DNA of 62,961 nucleotides, filler included, from Dugesia japonica (taxonomy: Eukaryota), in NCBI GenBank assembly GCA_001938525.1. It is 6 parts of 6 records of this genome, joined end to end, with 100 filler letters (N's around TTAATTAATTAA, not from the genome) between each part and the next. Parts side by side here need not be neighbours in the genome. Positions count along the whole stretch, not along the records: positions 1 to 13,119 come from MQRL01640162.1; 5 more parts are not named here. The stretch is one strand, 5' to 3'. Position 1 is the first letter of the stretch, and every line of letters begins with the position of its first letter. The translations under genes were made by a program, and so were the position numbers. The notes below the pieces were generated by a model. That model was not told where the DNA came from and did no database searches. It saw only the letters and a program-made list of their open reading frames with translations. Shown one piece after another: positions 1 through 12,973 of this stretch.

Positions 1-33
1 TATTATTTATTTATTATAATTATTAAAACAAAC

Positions 34-3000
34 CTCAGAAAACATATTATGGAACCAGCATTCTCTCGGAGTTTCTGGAATCATATTTGTCGCTGCTTGA
101 GTTCTTTCGAGGATAAACACTGCTGCTTGTATGATGGAATTATATTTCAATTTCATAATAATATCTTTGTTCTTTAAACTGTCTTGAGAATCGATTTTAT
201 CGATTTCAGACTGTAATTGATGTGCCTTCTTGTTCAGCTCATCATAACATTGTCCTAATGAAGAAACCCACAATTCATCCCACAGAACAGTAATCCGCCT
301 CAATTCTTTAATGAATACACTCACTTCATCTACTAGCACTTTATTACTATCGACGAGAACTTTTTTAATTTCATGATAAAGTGAATTGTTATTGGAATTT
401 TCATTTATTGATCCAACTAATGTTGGATAGATAATCAATTTACTACAATTATTGCTCGACACTGCCAATCGTTGTAATAATTCCGACATGCACATTCGAA
501 TCGTTTTATCACTGTGTTTTAATCGAGCAAATAACTGTGGAATCACATTTGTCCAAGATCCAGGAGGACTCATTTTTATTTTATTTATTATCGAATCTCG
601 TAAATATCTTGATCGTTTACCGAGCAGAGATAATATTCTCAAATTTGCTGTGGTTTTATTTTTATTACATAGATTATCTTTGCTTTTCACTGGAGTTGCA
701 TCTTTNNNNNNNNNNNNNNNNNNNNNNNNNNNNNNNNNNNNNNNNNNNNNNNNNNNNNNNNNNNNNNNNNNNNNNNNNNNNNNNNNNNNNNNNGCCATTT
801 CAAAGGTTATATCCGGATCAAGAGCTAAAATCGATTGTTTCAGTTCAAGTAGGAATGCTGAATCTTCATAGCAATCACCAAACCAATCGGATTCTGATTT
901 CATTTGCGAAGGACAAAAATTACTTTTCAGTAACAATTCAATGTTTGTGATCATTTCATTGGTAAACCCGTGTTTCTCTAATTTCAATGAAAAATCCACT
1001 GAATCCGAATTGAATCCAACTTCATCGAGAGATCTAGATCTATTCAGACACCATTGTGCAAGTGTCATGAAACTCTTATCACTGTTGTCTTGATTTCGTG
1101 ATTTACTTGCCAAAATTAGTAATTGGCTGCAAATATCAGTTACTGTCGATTGACATGTTTTTTCCATTGATCGATGTTGCGGAGAAACCAAAGGCAATCC
1201 ACTAATCCAGGGAACTTCGGCCAACTCAATTAGAAATTGTAAATTACTCGATATTTTACTGTCGCTACAAATAATACTCGAGAACGCATTTTTATCGTTA
1301 CATAACCACATAAATAGAGTCAACAAAGATTTCGTATTCAATTGACATTTAGAACTGTGTAAAATCGAATCACTTGTTTCGAATAAAAGACTTTCTTTTA
1401 AACTACTAGTTAATAACAAAAGAGCGTCGTTTTTTTTCTCTTTTTCCCATAGTAATTTAACTAATTCTCTTTCGAGTTGCATTTGTATAATCGGAGACTG
1501 GGAATTACTTAGAGAAACTTTTTGCATCATTTCTCGACCGAGAAACGTAGAAAATGAATGAGAAATTAAATTTTGGCATTTTTCAAAGTTGAAATGTTTT
1601 CTATGCCATTGAATGAGATATTTTTCGTTGGAAAACTGTTGCGGTAAATTGTAAGCTTTCTGAATTGTGTTACAGAAACTAATAACCGATAATGGCAGGA
1701 TAGTTGAATAATTTGAGAGATTCTTACAATCGACAATTAGATTTTCGGCGGATTTATTTGCTAATTTGAAAAATTTTAATCGTTCACTAATTAAAATGAT
1801 GTCGGAATTGAAAAAATTACTCGGAAAGTCACAAATCGATTGAATTGATGACAAATTCCCGATGAATTTTTCAGTGTCGGATGCTTTTTCTGGCGAATGA
1901 TCAACGACAGATCTGTACAAAATGTCTTCGCAATGATCAATTACTGATCTATATTTCCAGGTCAACTCATTTTGTCTAAGAGGAACACATTCATCATCTA
2001 AATTTTCATTATCCCATTTCGATAATTTACTAAGGCAAATCAGTCTTTCCCAATTTATACTCGATTTTTGTGCTTCTACCATTTGCGAGTTGGATTTCCA
2101 TAATTGAATCTGTTTTTTCCACAATTCCAATCCATCGATATTATTCAATAATTTATAGCAATCAGCAATTTCTTCCATACACAAAATAAACGAGCTGTGA
2201 CTAGTTGCTTTTCTCGTTAATAATCTCATTTCAGATGATTGCTTTATTCTTTCTGGATCATGGTGGTTTCTTACGTAATTTTCAAACTTCGTTAAAGCTA
2301 ATTCTAATTTCCCTACGGTTTTATCAGCCAATGCCTCTATCCAATCGAATTTACTACCATAAGTTTCTACTGACAACTGACTTAAACCGACAAGACTTTC
2401 CCAATTTCCTAATTTACTGAATGCCATTGATGTCAAAACAATGCAATCTTCTACTTCAGGCACTAAAATTCTCGCGGCAGAACTCGAATGAAAATTATTC
2501 ATATCCAAATGATGTTTGAGAATTTGCATTCCATGCCAAATAACAGTACTCCATTGACCGGAATATTGAGCTAATGCTACTATGAACAACCTCATTTTTA
2601 TAAACCATTCAATACAGACATGCTTATTAGTGACGAAAAACGTTTCTGTGGATTTATTAACAGATGGTAATCCAATACAACAGCCTTCATAGGAATTATA
2701 GAACATTTTCTCTAAAACATCTAGCAAGAGAATCATTAAATTCACTGACAACGACTGATCTTCTGGAGATTTTGTGGTGAATTTAGTCATTAATTTNNNN
2801 NNNNNNNNNNNNNNNNNNNNNNNNNNNNNNNNNNNNNNNNNNNNNNNNNNNNNNNNNNNNNNNNNNNNNNNNNNNNNNNNNNNNNNNNNNNNNNNNNNNN
2901 NNNNNNNNNNNNNNNNNNNNNNNNNNNNNNNNNNNNNNNNNNNNNNNNNNNNNNNNNNNNNNNNNNNNNNNNNNNNNNNNNNNNNNNNNNNNNNNNNNNN

Positions 3001-5523
3001 NNNNNNNNNNNNNNNNNNNNNNNNNNNNNNNAACACATCTTTATTATTGAAACTGCATCTGTCAATACTATCTATAATCCACTGGAAAATTGATTTACTA
3101 AAATCTATAGGAAATTTAAATGATCGTCCAGAGACCGACATCGCTTGAATGGATTTAATCTCTTCACTAAACGATTCCTGAGAGATTGGAGTATCGTTTT
3201 TACTAAGTAAATCAAAGTAAATCTTGAAACATTTACTCCTAATCAAATATGACGANNNNNNNNNNNNNNNNNNNNNNNNNNNNNNNNNNNNNNNNNNNNN
3301 NNNNNNNNNNNNNNNNNNNNNNNNNNNNNNNNNNNNNNNNNNNNNNNNNNNNNNNNNNNNNNNNNNNNNNNNNNNNNNNNNNNNNNNNNNNNNNNNNNNN
3401 NNNNNNNNNNNNNNNNNNNNNNNNNNNNNNNNNNNNNNNNNNNNNNNNNNNNNNNNNNNNNNNNNNNTGTTGTTGTTGTTAAATACTACCGATTTATTTT
3501 CATTCATTGTTTTTTTGAGTAAATCAAACGCGATAGATTTCGATTCAGAATTCAAACTTGAAGTGTTAATCATTAAACAAAGAAATTTTATGAAATCTGG
3601 AATCATTTCGGAACCGAGTTCTATTTTCGATACGGTATTCATGATGAAAATTGCGACCGAAGGAAATTGATGAATAACTGATGATTCTGTGAACAATAAA
3701 TATTTCGTAAATAGAACCGGAATAGATGGAACTAAAATTGAAGTAGGATCATCCCGTAATCGATCGTATAGTAACATTATTAAGTTGATATTGTATTTAA
3801 CAACGGGTTCCGCTTGTAACGGTTCGTAGGATTTCGTTTTAAAAGCATTACTTTGAACCAAACGAACTAGATTTGTACAATTCGATACTTTCATGAGGAT
3901 ATTAAGAGCTAATTCGAGGTCACTCAGTAGAATTTGATAGAATGTAGTCACACATTGAGATTTAGCGATTATATCGACGAGTCGTAGATATTTTTCCAGC
4001 ATTTTATTGTCAGAACAAGAACCGTAAAATATGCACGAATGTATCCAATTAACTGGAGATAGAATCTGTACGACTGTGTTTGGTTCGAGATTAATTTTCA
4101 CTAAGCAAATACTAATCAGATTCAAATAAGAGATTATCAGCTCTCGGTTATAATAATTGGTGTTGCTGCTACCTTCTTGGAGGATATGAGATTGGAGTGG
4201 TACAGATGTTCCGATCACATAACGAAATACACTTTGATAAACCGTTCCAACCGATTCGATTTTGTTCAAAATGAACAGCATGTGAAGAATAACCGTATTT
4301 GATTGTAGAAGAAGATTGTCGAAATCGATTTGTTTGCTGCATATTATTAAACTTTCGACAAATTTTTCAATTATACCAACAATGAAATAATTCGGTAGAA
4401 TTTCAGAGAAATTCTCCGAGAATTCCACATTAAAATTGACTTCGGTAACATCAGATATTTTACTGATACCCGCTGTAACACAAGATAATGCGAAACAGAA
4501 GAATTTGATTTTCATTTTGAGTTCATCGATTTGAGAACGTTCTTTGTCTATACGATGAATTCTAGATAACATCTGACAGTGTGTTAATACGTCTTTTTGG
4601 AGATTTGTCACTGTTTTCTTCAAATTAACCGGATCAGCTATCCAACACTCGTGTAAATCAACACTACGTTCGTACAATGACGCCATAGTTGTCAGATCTG
4701 TGTCCGGGTGAATGCACCACCCAATCATTATGTCGATAACATTGTGGAATCTCTGCACAACACATTCCGGACAATGATTGTAAACTCTGTTCAATATCAT
4801 CAATGACAGATTTAAACATTTCGGAAAACAGAGATTTTCAAAAAAGTATTCCCAACTGTGTAGAAATGTGTCTTTGTTTGATTTTAAGTTATTAATTACG
4901 CCATCAGTTGCAAATTCGATCATTTTCAGGAGCATTTTCAAAATTTGCAATGTGTACTGTTCAATTTGTAAATTCGTCATTTTATCGAATATTCGACACC
5001 AGAAATCAATAACAGCTGCATCACCGCGACGAATATTCAAATGAAGAAGATTCATCATTAATTGGCTAGTTACATTAATGAAATCGTCGGAACTTGCGGA
5101 ATCACAGATGCACAACTCTAAAATATTTATCATTTGATCGGAGAATTTATTCTGTGGAACTATTCCGTCTTGATTATTTATCAATAATAAGATTTCCTTG
5201 GCAACCCCTATTTTCTCTGTGTCACTATCAGATATCGATATTTTTCTAATCAATGGTGCAAGCGCGTTTAGCGGTTCGATTGTTCTTCGCATTTTTTTCA
5301 ATAAATCTTGTCGACGGCGTTTTAATTCGTTGTCATACTCTGTGATGACTTTCGTTTTATTAAGTTTTACTGGTTTTATCTCCTCAATTTCCCGGTCGTG
5401 TAATCTACTCATGATATCATAACCATTACTATCGATTTTTCTATAATTATTAGTGTCAGCCAAATAGGCTTTATTTTGTTCGTCGAGAAACGCTGGATCT
5501 AATATTTCTTTTTGTATGCACAT
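34..5523 (-). CDS. smg1: SMG1 PIKK-family kinase (nonsense-mediated decay), N-terminal ~1830 aa in one giant exon; kinase exons lie beyond the window start
   Basis: SMG1-typical motifs FHNVIDIMIGW, WTNVIPQLFARLKH, ELRRITVLWDELW and PETPRE. The ORF ends at a GAG|GTTTGT donor (GT at 33-32). The true start may be in an upstream exon. Confidence 0.9.
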
Positions 5524-5859
5524 TTGTAAATAGTTCTAAAATTAATATTAAAATGATGAAACGGAGAATTTATTTGATAGAAAAANNNNNNNNNNNNNNN
5601 NNNNNNNNNNNNNNNNNNNNNATTAACCCGTTCCAGGTAGGTCATGTTGCTCTGAATACGTATTTCAATCGGATTATATGCATTAATATGTTGAACAAAA
5701 ACATTTTCTATAATATAAACACATTTACAAACCAAATATTTACTTTTCTCGTTCTCAAATATAGAGAAAATATCATTCGAACATACACGCTATTTATTTA
5801 TAAATCCCATTAATACAGGATTGATTATAAAAGTCGCATTATAAAGATGTTTGATATTG

Positions 5860-6335
5860 AATGATGAGGAATATTGGGATAAAGAAAATTGTGAATGTGG
5901 AAAAGAAGAAATAGATGAAGATTAGAAAAAGGTGAGGAAGATTATAAATGTAGAATAGAAAGAAATGAAGATTATAAATGTAGAAATAGGTGAGGAATAA
6001 TGGGAATGTAGAAATAGGTGAAGATTAGGAATGTGGAAAAGAAGAAATAAATGAAGATTAGGAATGTGGAAAAGAAATAGATGAAGATTAGAAATGGGTG
6101 AGGAAGATTGGGAATGTAGTAAAGAAGAAAAGATGAAGATTAGAAATGTAGTAAAGAAGAAATAGATAAAGATTGGGAATATAGAAATAGATGAGGAAGA
6201 TTGGAAATATATGAAGATTAGAAATAGGTGAGGAAGATTGGGAATGTAGTAAAGAAGAAAAGATGAAGATTAGAAATGTGGAAAAGAAGAAATAGATGAA
6301 GATTGGAAATATAGAAATAGGTGAACAAATATTTG
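5860..6335. repeat. Purine-rich degenerate minisatellite (~GATGAAGATTAGAAATGTGGAAAAGAAGAAATA units)
   Basis: More than 10 variant units are visible; this explains the spurious ORF 6088-6495. Confidence 0.85.
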
Positions 6336-6339
6336 TAAT

Positions 6340-6837
6340 GTAGAAAGTTTGCTCGTCATAATAGATGACAGCTTGTTCACTAAGTGCAAGAATCGAGTCG
6401 GTTGAGTGCTTCCTCTTCAGGGGACCTTTTGATGGACTGTCAGCACATGCGTAAGGTATTTTTGATGAAAGTTTCCGATTGCAGTGCCAGGACATTTCAA
6501 AAAATATTGAAACTAATTCGGTTATATACTGTGATAGTTGGCGTTCATNNNNNNNNNNNNNNNNNNNNNNNNNNNNNNNNNNNNNNNNNNNNNNNNNNNN
6601 NNNNNNNNNNNNNNNNNNNNNNNNNNNNNNNNNNNNNNNNNNNNNNNNNNNNNNNNNNNTACAAATGACAACATGGAACAGTATGCCAGCTTTCCTTTGG
6701 AGAAATGAGATATCAAAAACAAAGATGTCATGTCATTTCTCATTATATCTCTATTCTATTGTCTGATAACCATAATAAATCTGTTAATTACTATAATTAA
6801 TTTCTATAATTATGCATCCTATTGACGCAATAGTACC
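6340..6837 (+). mobile_element. Merlin (IS1016/IS1595-like) DNA transposon remnant
   Basis: From 6361 reads IDDSLFTKCKNRVG*VLPLQ, then VFLMKVSDCSART and IETNSVIYCDSWRS (Merlin IDES.F.KRK..RGR and SDxW motifs). A candidate right TIR ends ...CAATAGTACC at 6837. Confidence 0.75.
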
Positions 6838-7055
6838 CAATTTCATAATTTTCACAGGAAATATCAAGTGTTTAAAGTTTTTCCCATCTAATTTTTAACA
6901 TAAATTCTAATTTCATTAAATTACCAGTTTAAGTTTAATTTATAAAAGAATTCAACAAATTGATTATTTAGCATAAAACAAAGCAAATTTTTTAATTAAA
7001 TTCATTTAAATATTNTGAAATTCAATATTTATATTTTCAAAGTAGCAAAATTTAC

Positions 7056-7612
7056 CCTATCAATGCCAACCAAAGAAGCCCCATGATGCAATAACTTCTT
7101 TACTGTGTCACGCATATAAGCTTGAAGTGCAAAATAAATAGGTGTTTCTTTAGCCTTCAAACAAATTAAATATTGGCATTAGCTTTAAAGAATTCTACTT
7201 CTGTTTCTACATTAACTTCAGCTCCACCAAGAACTAATAAATTAACTGTGGTCACATGACCATGTTGAGCAGCAAAATGAATCGGACGCCAACCACCCTG
7301 TCAACCCACGTAAAATCCATAGAAAAATTATTAAAATACATACATCAGACATTGAATTAACATCGGCTTTATTATCAATCAACCATTTTACAAGATCCCG
7401 ATTTCCTTGAAATGATGCTTCGATTATTGCATTAGTTTGATAGGTCTAATAATTTAATATTACAATGTTTTGTTCTTGATTATACTTACATTTCTACCAT
7501 CATTCATAGTTGTAAATTTATTTATAAAATCTGGATTACTTTTAAAGATATTAATTATTTCTTTCAAATTTCCGTTTCGAATTGATTCGAACCAAGTATC
7601 TAATAAATCCAT
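7056..7612 (-). CDS. Small ankyrin-repeat protein; exons 7612-7490, 7445-7344, 7297-7199, 7154-7056 (3' end uncertain)
   Basis: Spliced through 44/46/44-nt phase-0 GT-AG introns it reads MDLLDTWFESIRNGNLKEI...|TYQTNAIIEASFQGNRDLVKWLIDNKADVNSMSD|GGWRPIHFAAQHGHVTTVNLLVLGGAEVNVETE|AKETPIYFALQAYMRDTVKKLLHHGASLVGIDR. Not in the ORF track. Confidence 0.88.
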
Positions 7613-8502
7613 TTCTAAATTTATATATTAATTAAATGTAATTTATCATTTTTTTTCAAGATCAGATGAAAAAAGGAATACTATATTCATTGTGAAATAC
7701 GTATTTACCCATATAAACCATATTAATAAAACAAAGGTATTTAACAATTTTAAATAATAACGACTAGTTACCTCTTGTCATAAAAAAGGCTTTATTTAGT
7801 AATAGAGAAACAAATTAATTAAATTGTGAAGTAAATTCAATTATTAATAAAAATATTATATTGATAAAACATAACTTAAATCATGAATCAAATCGTAATG
7901 ATAAAATTAGTCTATAAATTAAAATTTTGATTAAATTTTTTTGTAAAATGAAATTCAATCAGTAGTTTAATAGTAAAATTATTTGTAAAGTTTAGTTGCA
8001 GTTTATTTGTCAAATTAAATTCAATCAATAGTCTAATAGTAAATAATCAAAAAAATATTCATAAGATCTTTTATTAGTTTTAAAAATTAATTATCAAAAT
8101 TAATTTTTACAAAAAGTTGAAAGGTCATATAGGTTAAAAATCATTTAATGAAGAGCCAAAATTTCGAGATTAGTGATTTATTGCAAAAATATTAAAGAAG
8201 ATTTATGGAAAATAAAATTAATAAAATAAATTATTTCGGGAATTCGTTTATAAGCGAGAGTTTCTTCTTTAACATAATCAAGAGTTACGTGATTGAGTTA
8301 TCAGAATGTGTTATCTCAAAAGTGACGCATTTCGATTTCTTTTATGAAATCATAGATTATGGAATCACAAATTGCAACTTTGAAGTCGAATGATAATTTC
8401 CCAGGAATCACTAAAATTATCAGAAATTTGTTTTATTTTAATAAGCTAATCTACAAAATATGTAAATGTGCAATTCTTCTACCAATAATTTGCGGTGCCA
8501 AT

Positions 8503-8602
8503 AAGTCAATTCCTGACGAATACAAAGTTGAAATATCGATTCAATCTCAAAAAATCAATAACAAATATATTTTTGATCGAAGCTTTTATTTTAAATGAAT
8601 TA
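8503..8602 (+). ncRNA. Penelope pLTR fragment with degenerate minimal type-I hammerhead ribozyme
   Basis: AATTC-CTGACGA-A-TACAAAGTT-GAAA-TA-TC-GATTC; same repeat as 61856-61947. Confidence 0.6.
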
Positions 8603-11600
8603 ACTTACTTATTATTATTGTTGAATTGCTTATTGTTTTTAACTCGAAACTTACCAGGAATTGATTGATAGTGTTTGGAATGCAATAATATTTTACTTTG
8701 GATTTATTTTGATTATTTTATATAATTCTGATCTTGAAGTCTATTGTAATTTTATTAATTGTACTATTTTAATAATTACTAAATTTCGTTATTATAATTC
8801 TTTTTATTAAATTGCTGTAAATAAATTTAGTTTTGATAAAATGGTAGCAGCAACAAATACTGACTCTATCACAGGGAGGCTGTTGCCGAAAGTTTTTGGC
8901 AGATGCGATGACCTCAAACAATTTATAAAGTTGTTGGGGTGAAACATACAGTCTGAAAAGGAAGCCAAACGAATAGTCAAAAGGGAAGAATTAACAAAGA
9001 AAAAGGAGTAGAAGGAAAGTCAATCAGGAACAAAGCACCTACGATGAAAAAGAAATAGTACATTCATCAATCAAAGAAATCACAAGGAATTAGTATGAAT
9101 AACCAGTATGGCTAAAGCAGAATAAAATTAAGTAATAAATAAAAAAATTAAAAAATACTGAGAAGATTGGATAAAAGATCTTGGAGGAATTAATTTGGAC
9201 CACATTGATGATGATAATCAAAAATAATTAAGAAAATAATTATAATAAATCAAGGAAATTATGTTTGAAAAAACATTTAATTACCAAAAAATATTAATTA
9301 AGACGGAATTAAAGTAAACTAAAATTAAGCATAAATCCGTTTTTTACGAATAATTTGGCTCCAGATAACCGCAGAGATTCGGAGAAAGAAAGTCTGAGAA
9401 GAAATATTAAGATTTTGTAACCAAAAAACTCTGTCACCATCAGAAAGATCACCACAAGGGTTGGAAAAATGGGCCAATAAGGGTTCAAAAAATAAAAATG
9501 GAACAAAGCCACGAAGATCACTTGGCGTTCCAAAAATAAACGCCAATTAGAGTTCTAAAACTCTATAAAAAATTTTTGAAATTGGCGCAATGACCAATGA
9601 AACGACAGAAATTCGAATAAAAAATAGCTGGCCAATACCAAACAAATCGGGGTGTCACCGTAAATGGTATTTAAACCCACTAGTTTTAGACAGAAACATG
9701 CTCAAAAAACATTCACTTTAACCGTTTAACAGTTGCGTTATAATCGAGAAAATCCAGTATTAATTCTATACGAAATATTGTATCACACTCGGGGAAATTT
9801 ACTATTTAAAGGAAAATATTCCCACAAATCATTTATCAGCACCTATTTGGAAATCGATCTCGAACGACAATAATCAAGTAATTCGGTTTACTACCAACGT
9901 AAAAATAACTGTTTATTGAAAAGAAAAGGAACAATTTGTTCAAAACAGATATTGGCAATTTGGAAACTGATCAAGGAAAAAAACTCGCAATTAAACCGAA
10001 ACCCGTTGCAGAAAATACTCTCATTAAAATAAAATATTTTTCTTTGTTTCTATTCACTGTATTATGTGTGAAATATATATTTAAACTGTTAACAAATATA
10101 ACTTTCAAATTATTATAGTTAAATTATTAAGTTAGAAATTGAAAAGGCGAATAATGAAACTTTATTTATCATATAACCATAAAAAACAATTTTACAAATT
10201 ACCCAGATATGACTTATAACTGCGGAATCTGTTTTTCCGTAATACTATTACAACTATCGGTGACCTATGCCACAAATAACTCTTTTCGCTGTTATTTATG
10301 ACTGCATGTAAATCCNATGGTCCTGAGTTTAGCATCCACATCGAATATGGGAAATTTCTTCACCGAGAAGCTTAAGCATGCTTACGTTTCACTGCTATTA
10401 AGAAAATCATGCTGATAGTCTTAAAAGGGCATGATAAATCCGTAGAAAAAATTCCATTTGAGGATTCGACAGGAATGAAATCTAAATTTCCACCAACTTA
10501 GTTAATTATCAATCGACAATCAGATATTAATTGCTTCTGAAAATCATCCGTTAAAACAGCATTACATCATCCCTCTGTAATTTATGAGTTACTATTGACC
10601 GTATCACTGAGTCACTAAAAAACATTTCACTCCTTCGCTAAAGAAATATGCCACGGTGTCTGCCATATTGTAGCAACCTGATGACTCATTCTCGCCAACC
10701 AGCATGCATCAACACTAGCCAGTTTTACGCTCCTAGTACACAATAGTAATTTCATTGATGACTAAAGGAGATTAAGTGGTAACGATCTAAGTATGGAATT
10801 CCTGGCAGTGTACACACATAGATTGTTAAATTTAAATAGCGTTAAATATTATAACTGCAAAGTAAATAACTCCAATTCAACTTTGATTTCGTGTTGTTAT
10901 CAATCGTCATGCCGATATTGTTGGTGTCAATATTAATTAGTTATTAGGTTTACTGATCTTCTAATTATCTTGCTNGGTATCACATTTATCACCGTCGCTA
11001 TTGCCTGATACTTTCATTATCAATAATGTAGCACGAATATTAGTATTATTGCGGTCAATTTTATGACTATTGTTACTAATATTGTTAATATTACTATTAT
11101 TATTAATATTGATATCATTATTTCATTATTATTAGTATTAGCACTATGCATACTATTGTTATGATTATTTCTAATATTTTATGATTAAAATTAGATTCTG
11201 ATTAATAACGTTAACCTCACAAGAATTGGGCTTTCTGTTAGTCACTAGCATTATCATCCCGGTCAGTATTATAATAAAGGATGTTAATTTCACGATGACG
11301 TTAGATTTATTTTTGTTCTGGGTCATTGAAATTTAAATTTTCGGGTAATCAGGGTGTACTGTTAAAAGAAGGAAGGAATCATAAATTTGGTTATCAAAAC
11401 CCACTTGATTGGTTAGGCACACTCCGCTCCGTTTAGTCTATTAGTAATAATTATATTCTGAATACTGACGTCTGCAGGGCAGTCCATAACTGAATTCTGG
11501 TTATATTTTAAGGTAGCATAAGTTAATTTCTCGGTAACCCAGATCCAACTAGTGTGATTGAATTCAGTATTGGCGATTTTTTTTGTCGAGAACTCCGGCA

Positions 11601-11752
11601 GTTCCCATCACTACCCACCTAGGGATATATAGGGAACGGTTCAACTACAACGCCTGGATAAGTGCATAATGATTTTGCATTCAAGAGTGGTGGTATGAAA
11701 AAATTAGATTCTTTCCTTCGCAACTACAAATAAACCTTATTATATTTAGACC

Positions 11753-11935
11753 ATGATGTCAGAATTGAAAAATGCCCTTCACACCATTCGTAAACGACGC
11801 AAGACTGCCCGTCTTAAACAGTTACTCGCCCATCTTTTATCGCGACGCAGGATCGAACATCCCGATGAGACGCACTTGTGTCGTTTCGTCGAGATGTTCT
11901 CTCTGTATAATCCTGTAGACCTCAACGAAGAATGA
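11753..11935 (+). CDS. LTR-cassette ORF1, 60-aa basic helical protein
   Basis: Homologous to 45889-46071 (TIRK.R...RLKQL..H...R.R.EHPDET.L..FVEMF); preceded by a TTTAG acceptor. Confidence 0.75.
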   Translation: MMSELKNALHTIRKRRKTARLKQLLAHLLSRRRIEHPDETHLCRFVEMFSLYNPVDLNEE

Positions 11936-12125
11936 TAGCAATAAGTGAGTATAGAAACACTGGATTTTGATTACTTTTGTTTATAATAAATGTGTTAGAA
12001 TAGTTAATCCATTTACTAACTCTTAAAATCCTTTTTCGTGCTAGTAAAAAATAGTTAAACAAGAACTTTCGAGTTCTTTTTCGTAATAAATTAAACATGT
12101 TTTGAAAAGTAATGTTTTATTCTAG

Positions 12126-12484
12126 TGCACTCTTTACTAAATAGATCGCAGGCCCCGACCAAGAAAGTCCGTGAGTCCAGCAAGAACTTAGAGATGACCT
12201 ACGACGTTTACAAACTCGCTAAACGTCGCTGGGAAGCCGATACTGCAAACGCCAATATCAAGGTGAAAAGGTACAAATATAAGTGTATGGCTTTTAAAAA
12301 TGAAGCCGAAGCATCCCACACACAAGATAGAGTATGGAAAGCTCAAATAAAGACATTCACAGAGATTATTCGGTCCTACCAAGACCGCGAGAATAAACTG
12401 GTCCGGGATATCTTGAAATTGAAAACAGCGATGCCCCTCGAATCATTAATGGTCGATAAGGGTACACAAACGGCACGCCCGTGA
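12126..12484 (+). CDS. LTR-cassette ORF2, coiled-coil protein with C-terminal DKGTQT (LC8 motif); exon lacking its own ATG
   Basis: Homologous to 46858-47197 (PTKK.RE.S...E.T.D.YKLAKRRWE...KVKRYK...EIIRS..D.ENKLV.DIL...LM.DKG); begins at TTCTAG|TG. Confidence 0.75.
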
Positions 12485-12611
12485 ACTCATTTATCTATAA
12501 TTTTATCTTAATAAACTTGTTTATATTCTTAACTAAATTTCTTGGTGTTATTGAGTATCGAAAGGATTATTATGATTAGGTGGTAGTAAAAGTTAATAAC
12601 TTCTTGTTTAG

Positions 12612-12973
12612 TGCCCCGGATCCAACTTCCAACTAACCTAAAACGGTGCCATCGGCTGATACAGAAACTATTATTCGAGCGCCATCTCAAAAGACAAAAT
12701 GAGAGGGCTCTGTTAAAACAACTCTCTCAACGTAACAAACTAATTAAAAAACAAGACATGATTGTGAAAAAGCAAAACGACGTAAATGAACAAACAAAGC
12801 AGCTCTTACAACACAAAGTGGAATTTTTGAAGCGGTATATCGTGGACCTATCGCGACAACTTGGTAACGCAGCATGGGTTCATTGGAACGACAATGATGA
12901 TGAGGCTGCCTTTAATTTTTTTGATATTGATCCGACCCAGTGGTTAGAACCGGGCGCTTTAGATTTGTTGTAA
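12612..12973 (+). CDS. LTR-cassette ORF3, coiled coil plus acidic/aromatic tail; exon lacking its own ATG
   Basis: Homologous to 47321-47703 (EFLK.YI.DLSRQ.GN, AAFNF, QWL.PGALDLL*); begins at GTTTAG|TG. Confidence 0.75.

Noticed and set aside
6088-6495. 135-aa hydrophobic ORF and other short, N-spanning or low-complexity ORFs in the track (e.g. 36105-36426, 41280-41471, 59930-60286)
   Set aside because: They are translations of minisatellites, microsatellites, N runs or the antisense strand of real genes.
8865-8931. Alternative LTR start at 8881 (AGGGAGGC|TGTTGCC)
   Set aside because: It does not match the family termini; 8932 matches both 16615 and the copy-B end. It may be a fragment of another LTR into which copy A inserted.
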